NCBI GenBank assembly: GCA_964534375.1
Contig: CAZHPN010000022.1
Location: 1-47,804, forward strand
DNA length: 47,804 nt
Direction: 5' to 3'
Origin: an uncultured bacterium
GTDB lineage: Bacteria > Lernaellota > Lernaellaia > Lernaellales > Lernaellaceae
A program made the translations under genes and the position numbers. Positions 46,930 to 47,804 of the stretch are shown here, piece by piece. Every line of letters starts with the position of its first letter. Position 1 is the stretch's first letter. The notes under the pieces were generated by a model, which was not told where the DNA came from, did not search any database, and was given only the letters and a program-made list of their open reading frames with translations.

Positions 46930-47727
46930 GTGGTCAAAACCAAAGAAGAAGCCGGGGGCCACAACCCGGAAATGCAAAGCGGTCCCGGCACTAGCTGGAA
47001 CATCGTGACCGGCTGTAACCCTTACAGCGACGGGTGCCTTCACTGCTGGGCCAAAGATGTAGCGGCTTGGCAGGGCCGGTTGCGCAGGGAACACTACGTA
47101 AAAAATGGATTCAATGTTGCGGTCAACGAGTCGAGGCGAAACTGGCCGCTTTCCGGCCTTCCCCAAAAGCCCCGCACACCAGTGCGTTCTTGGGTTACCG
47201 AAATGGGTGACCTGTTTCACGAGAAGGTGCCGGACGATTTCATCCGAGGGGTCTTCGGGACGTTGCAGCAGGTCCCACAGCATCGGTTCTACGTGCTGAC
47301 AAAGAGGGCGGAGCGGTTGGCGGAACTAGGCGCGAACCTACCGTGGCGACCGTGGATCTGGGCCGGAGTGACCATCGAGTCGGACAAATACGTTCACCGG
47401 CTGGACCTGTTGAACAAACTTCCGCCCGCGGTCAACAAGTTCGTCATCTTCGAGCCGCTTCTGAGTGCAATCTCGACTCTCGAATTCGAGGGAGTCCAAT
47501 GGATCGTGGTCGGCGGCGAGACGGGAAAAATCCATCGGCCAATGGAAGAGGATTGGGTTAGGGGGATTCGCGACCAAGCAAGAGCGGCCGGGATTCCGTT
47601 CCTATTCAAACATTGGCCCGGTCTGAAACACAACTCGCGCGAGGCGCTGCTCGACGGGAGAACGTGGGCGGAATATCCGGAGACCTTGTTGACCAACAAT
47701 GTGCCTTGGATGGCCGGCGACCGGTGA
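46930..47727 (+). CDS. DUF5131 (phage Gp37/Gp68) radical-SAM-like protein
   Basis: WNIVTGC...DGCLHCWA, MGDLFH, LTKR, EPLL, WIVVGGETG and PFLFK motifs. GTG start chosen after a purine-rich RBS. Confidence 0.88.
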   Translation: MVKTKEEAGGHNPEMQSGPGTSWNIVTGCNPYSDGCLHCWAKDVAAWQGRLRREHYVKNGFNVAVNESRRNWPLSGLPQKPRTPVRSWVTEMGDLFHEKVPDDFIRGVFGTLQQVPQHRFYVLTKRAERLAELGANLPWRPWIWAGVTIESDKYVHRLDLLNKLPPAVNKFVIFEPLLSAISTLEFEGVQWIVVGGETGKIHRPMEEDWVRGIRDQARAAGIPFLFKHWPGLKHNSREALLDGRTWAEYPETLLTNNVPWMAGDR

Positions 47728-47804
47728 CTTTTAGGCGTAAGGTCGGTCACTAACCCAACTTCGCCAGTTAGGAAAAAAATGAGGGCTGATTTCGCCTGCG
47801 GCGC

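Larger units (their letters stand above)
19570..47804. mobile_element. tmRNA-integrated element (integrase + P4-type primase-helicase) carrying defence cargo; right end beyond the window
   Basis: Integrase converges on the ssrA 3' end, followed by xis-like genes, primase, recombination genes and defence operons. No duplicated ssrA 3' end is seen in the window. Confidence 0.85.

Noticed and set aside
47728..47804. Right attachment site of the element
   Set aside because: No copy of the ssrA 3' end was found by eye; the boundary is probably beyond the window.

Overview
High-GC bacterial chromosome segment. Asp-rich secreted proteins ending in GCGC suggest a deltaproteobacterial/Myxococcota-like host, which is inference only. 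Bases 1-19.2 kb are host-type genes: a beta-propeller repeat protein, an SGNH+FGE-sulfatase Asp-rich protein, a radical-SAM/GT2 cluster abutting a tRNA-His, a membrane glycosyltransferase-like gene, disordered lipoproteins and a penicillin acylase. At 19221-19569 lies tmRNA (ssrA). A >28 kb integrative element starts at its 3' end and runs off the right end of the window. Its core is a tyrosine integrase, two HTH/Xis proteins and a P4/D5-type primase-helicase, plus a PD-(D/E)XK nuclease, a Rad52-like annealase and an ArdC-like protein. No capsid or conjugation genes are visible. Cargo: a frameshifted glycine-zipper membrane protein, a DUF1566 lipoprotein, a CapH/CapP-regulated Bil-type ubiquitin-like operon (Ubl-E2-JAB-E1), a five-gene BREX-related operon (DUF499 ATPase, PglZ-like, DUF1156 methylase, hypothetical, SNF2 helicase) and a DUF5131 gene. 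Main leads: (1) three copies of an inverted 9-bp iteron, origin-like module, two of which exactly bracket the Bil cassette; (2) a Bil E2 with Trp at the apparent catalytic Cys position; (3) a tRNA-His lacking the G-1:C73 identity pair. All family calls are from motif recognition by eye, not database searches.
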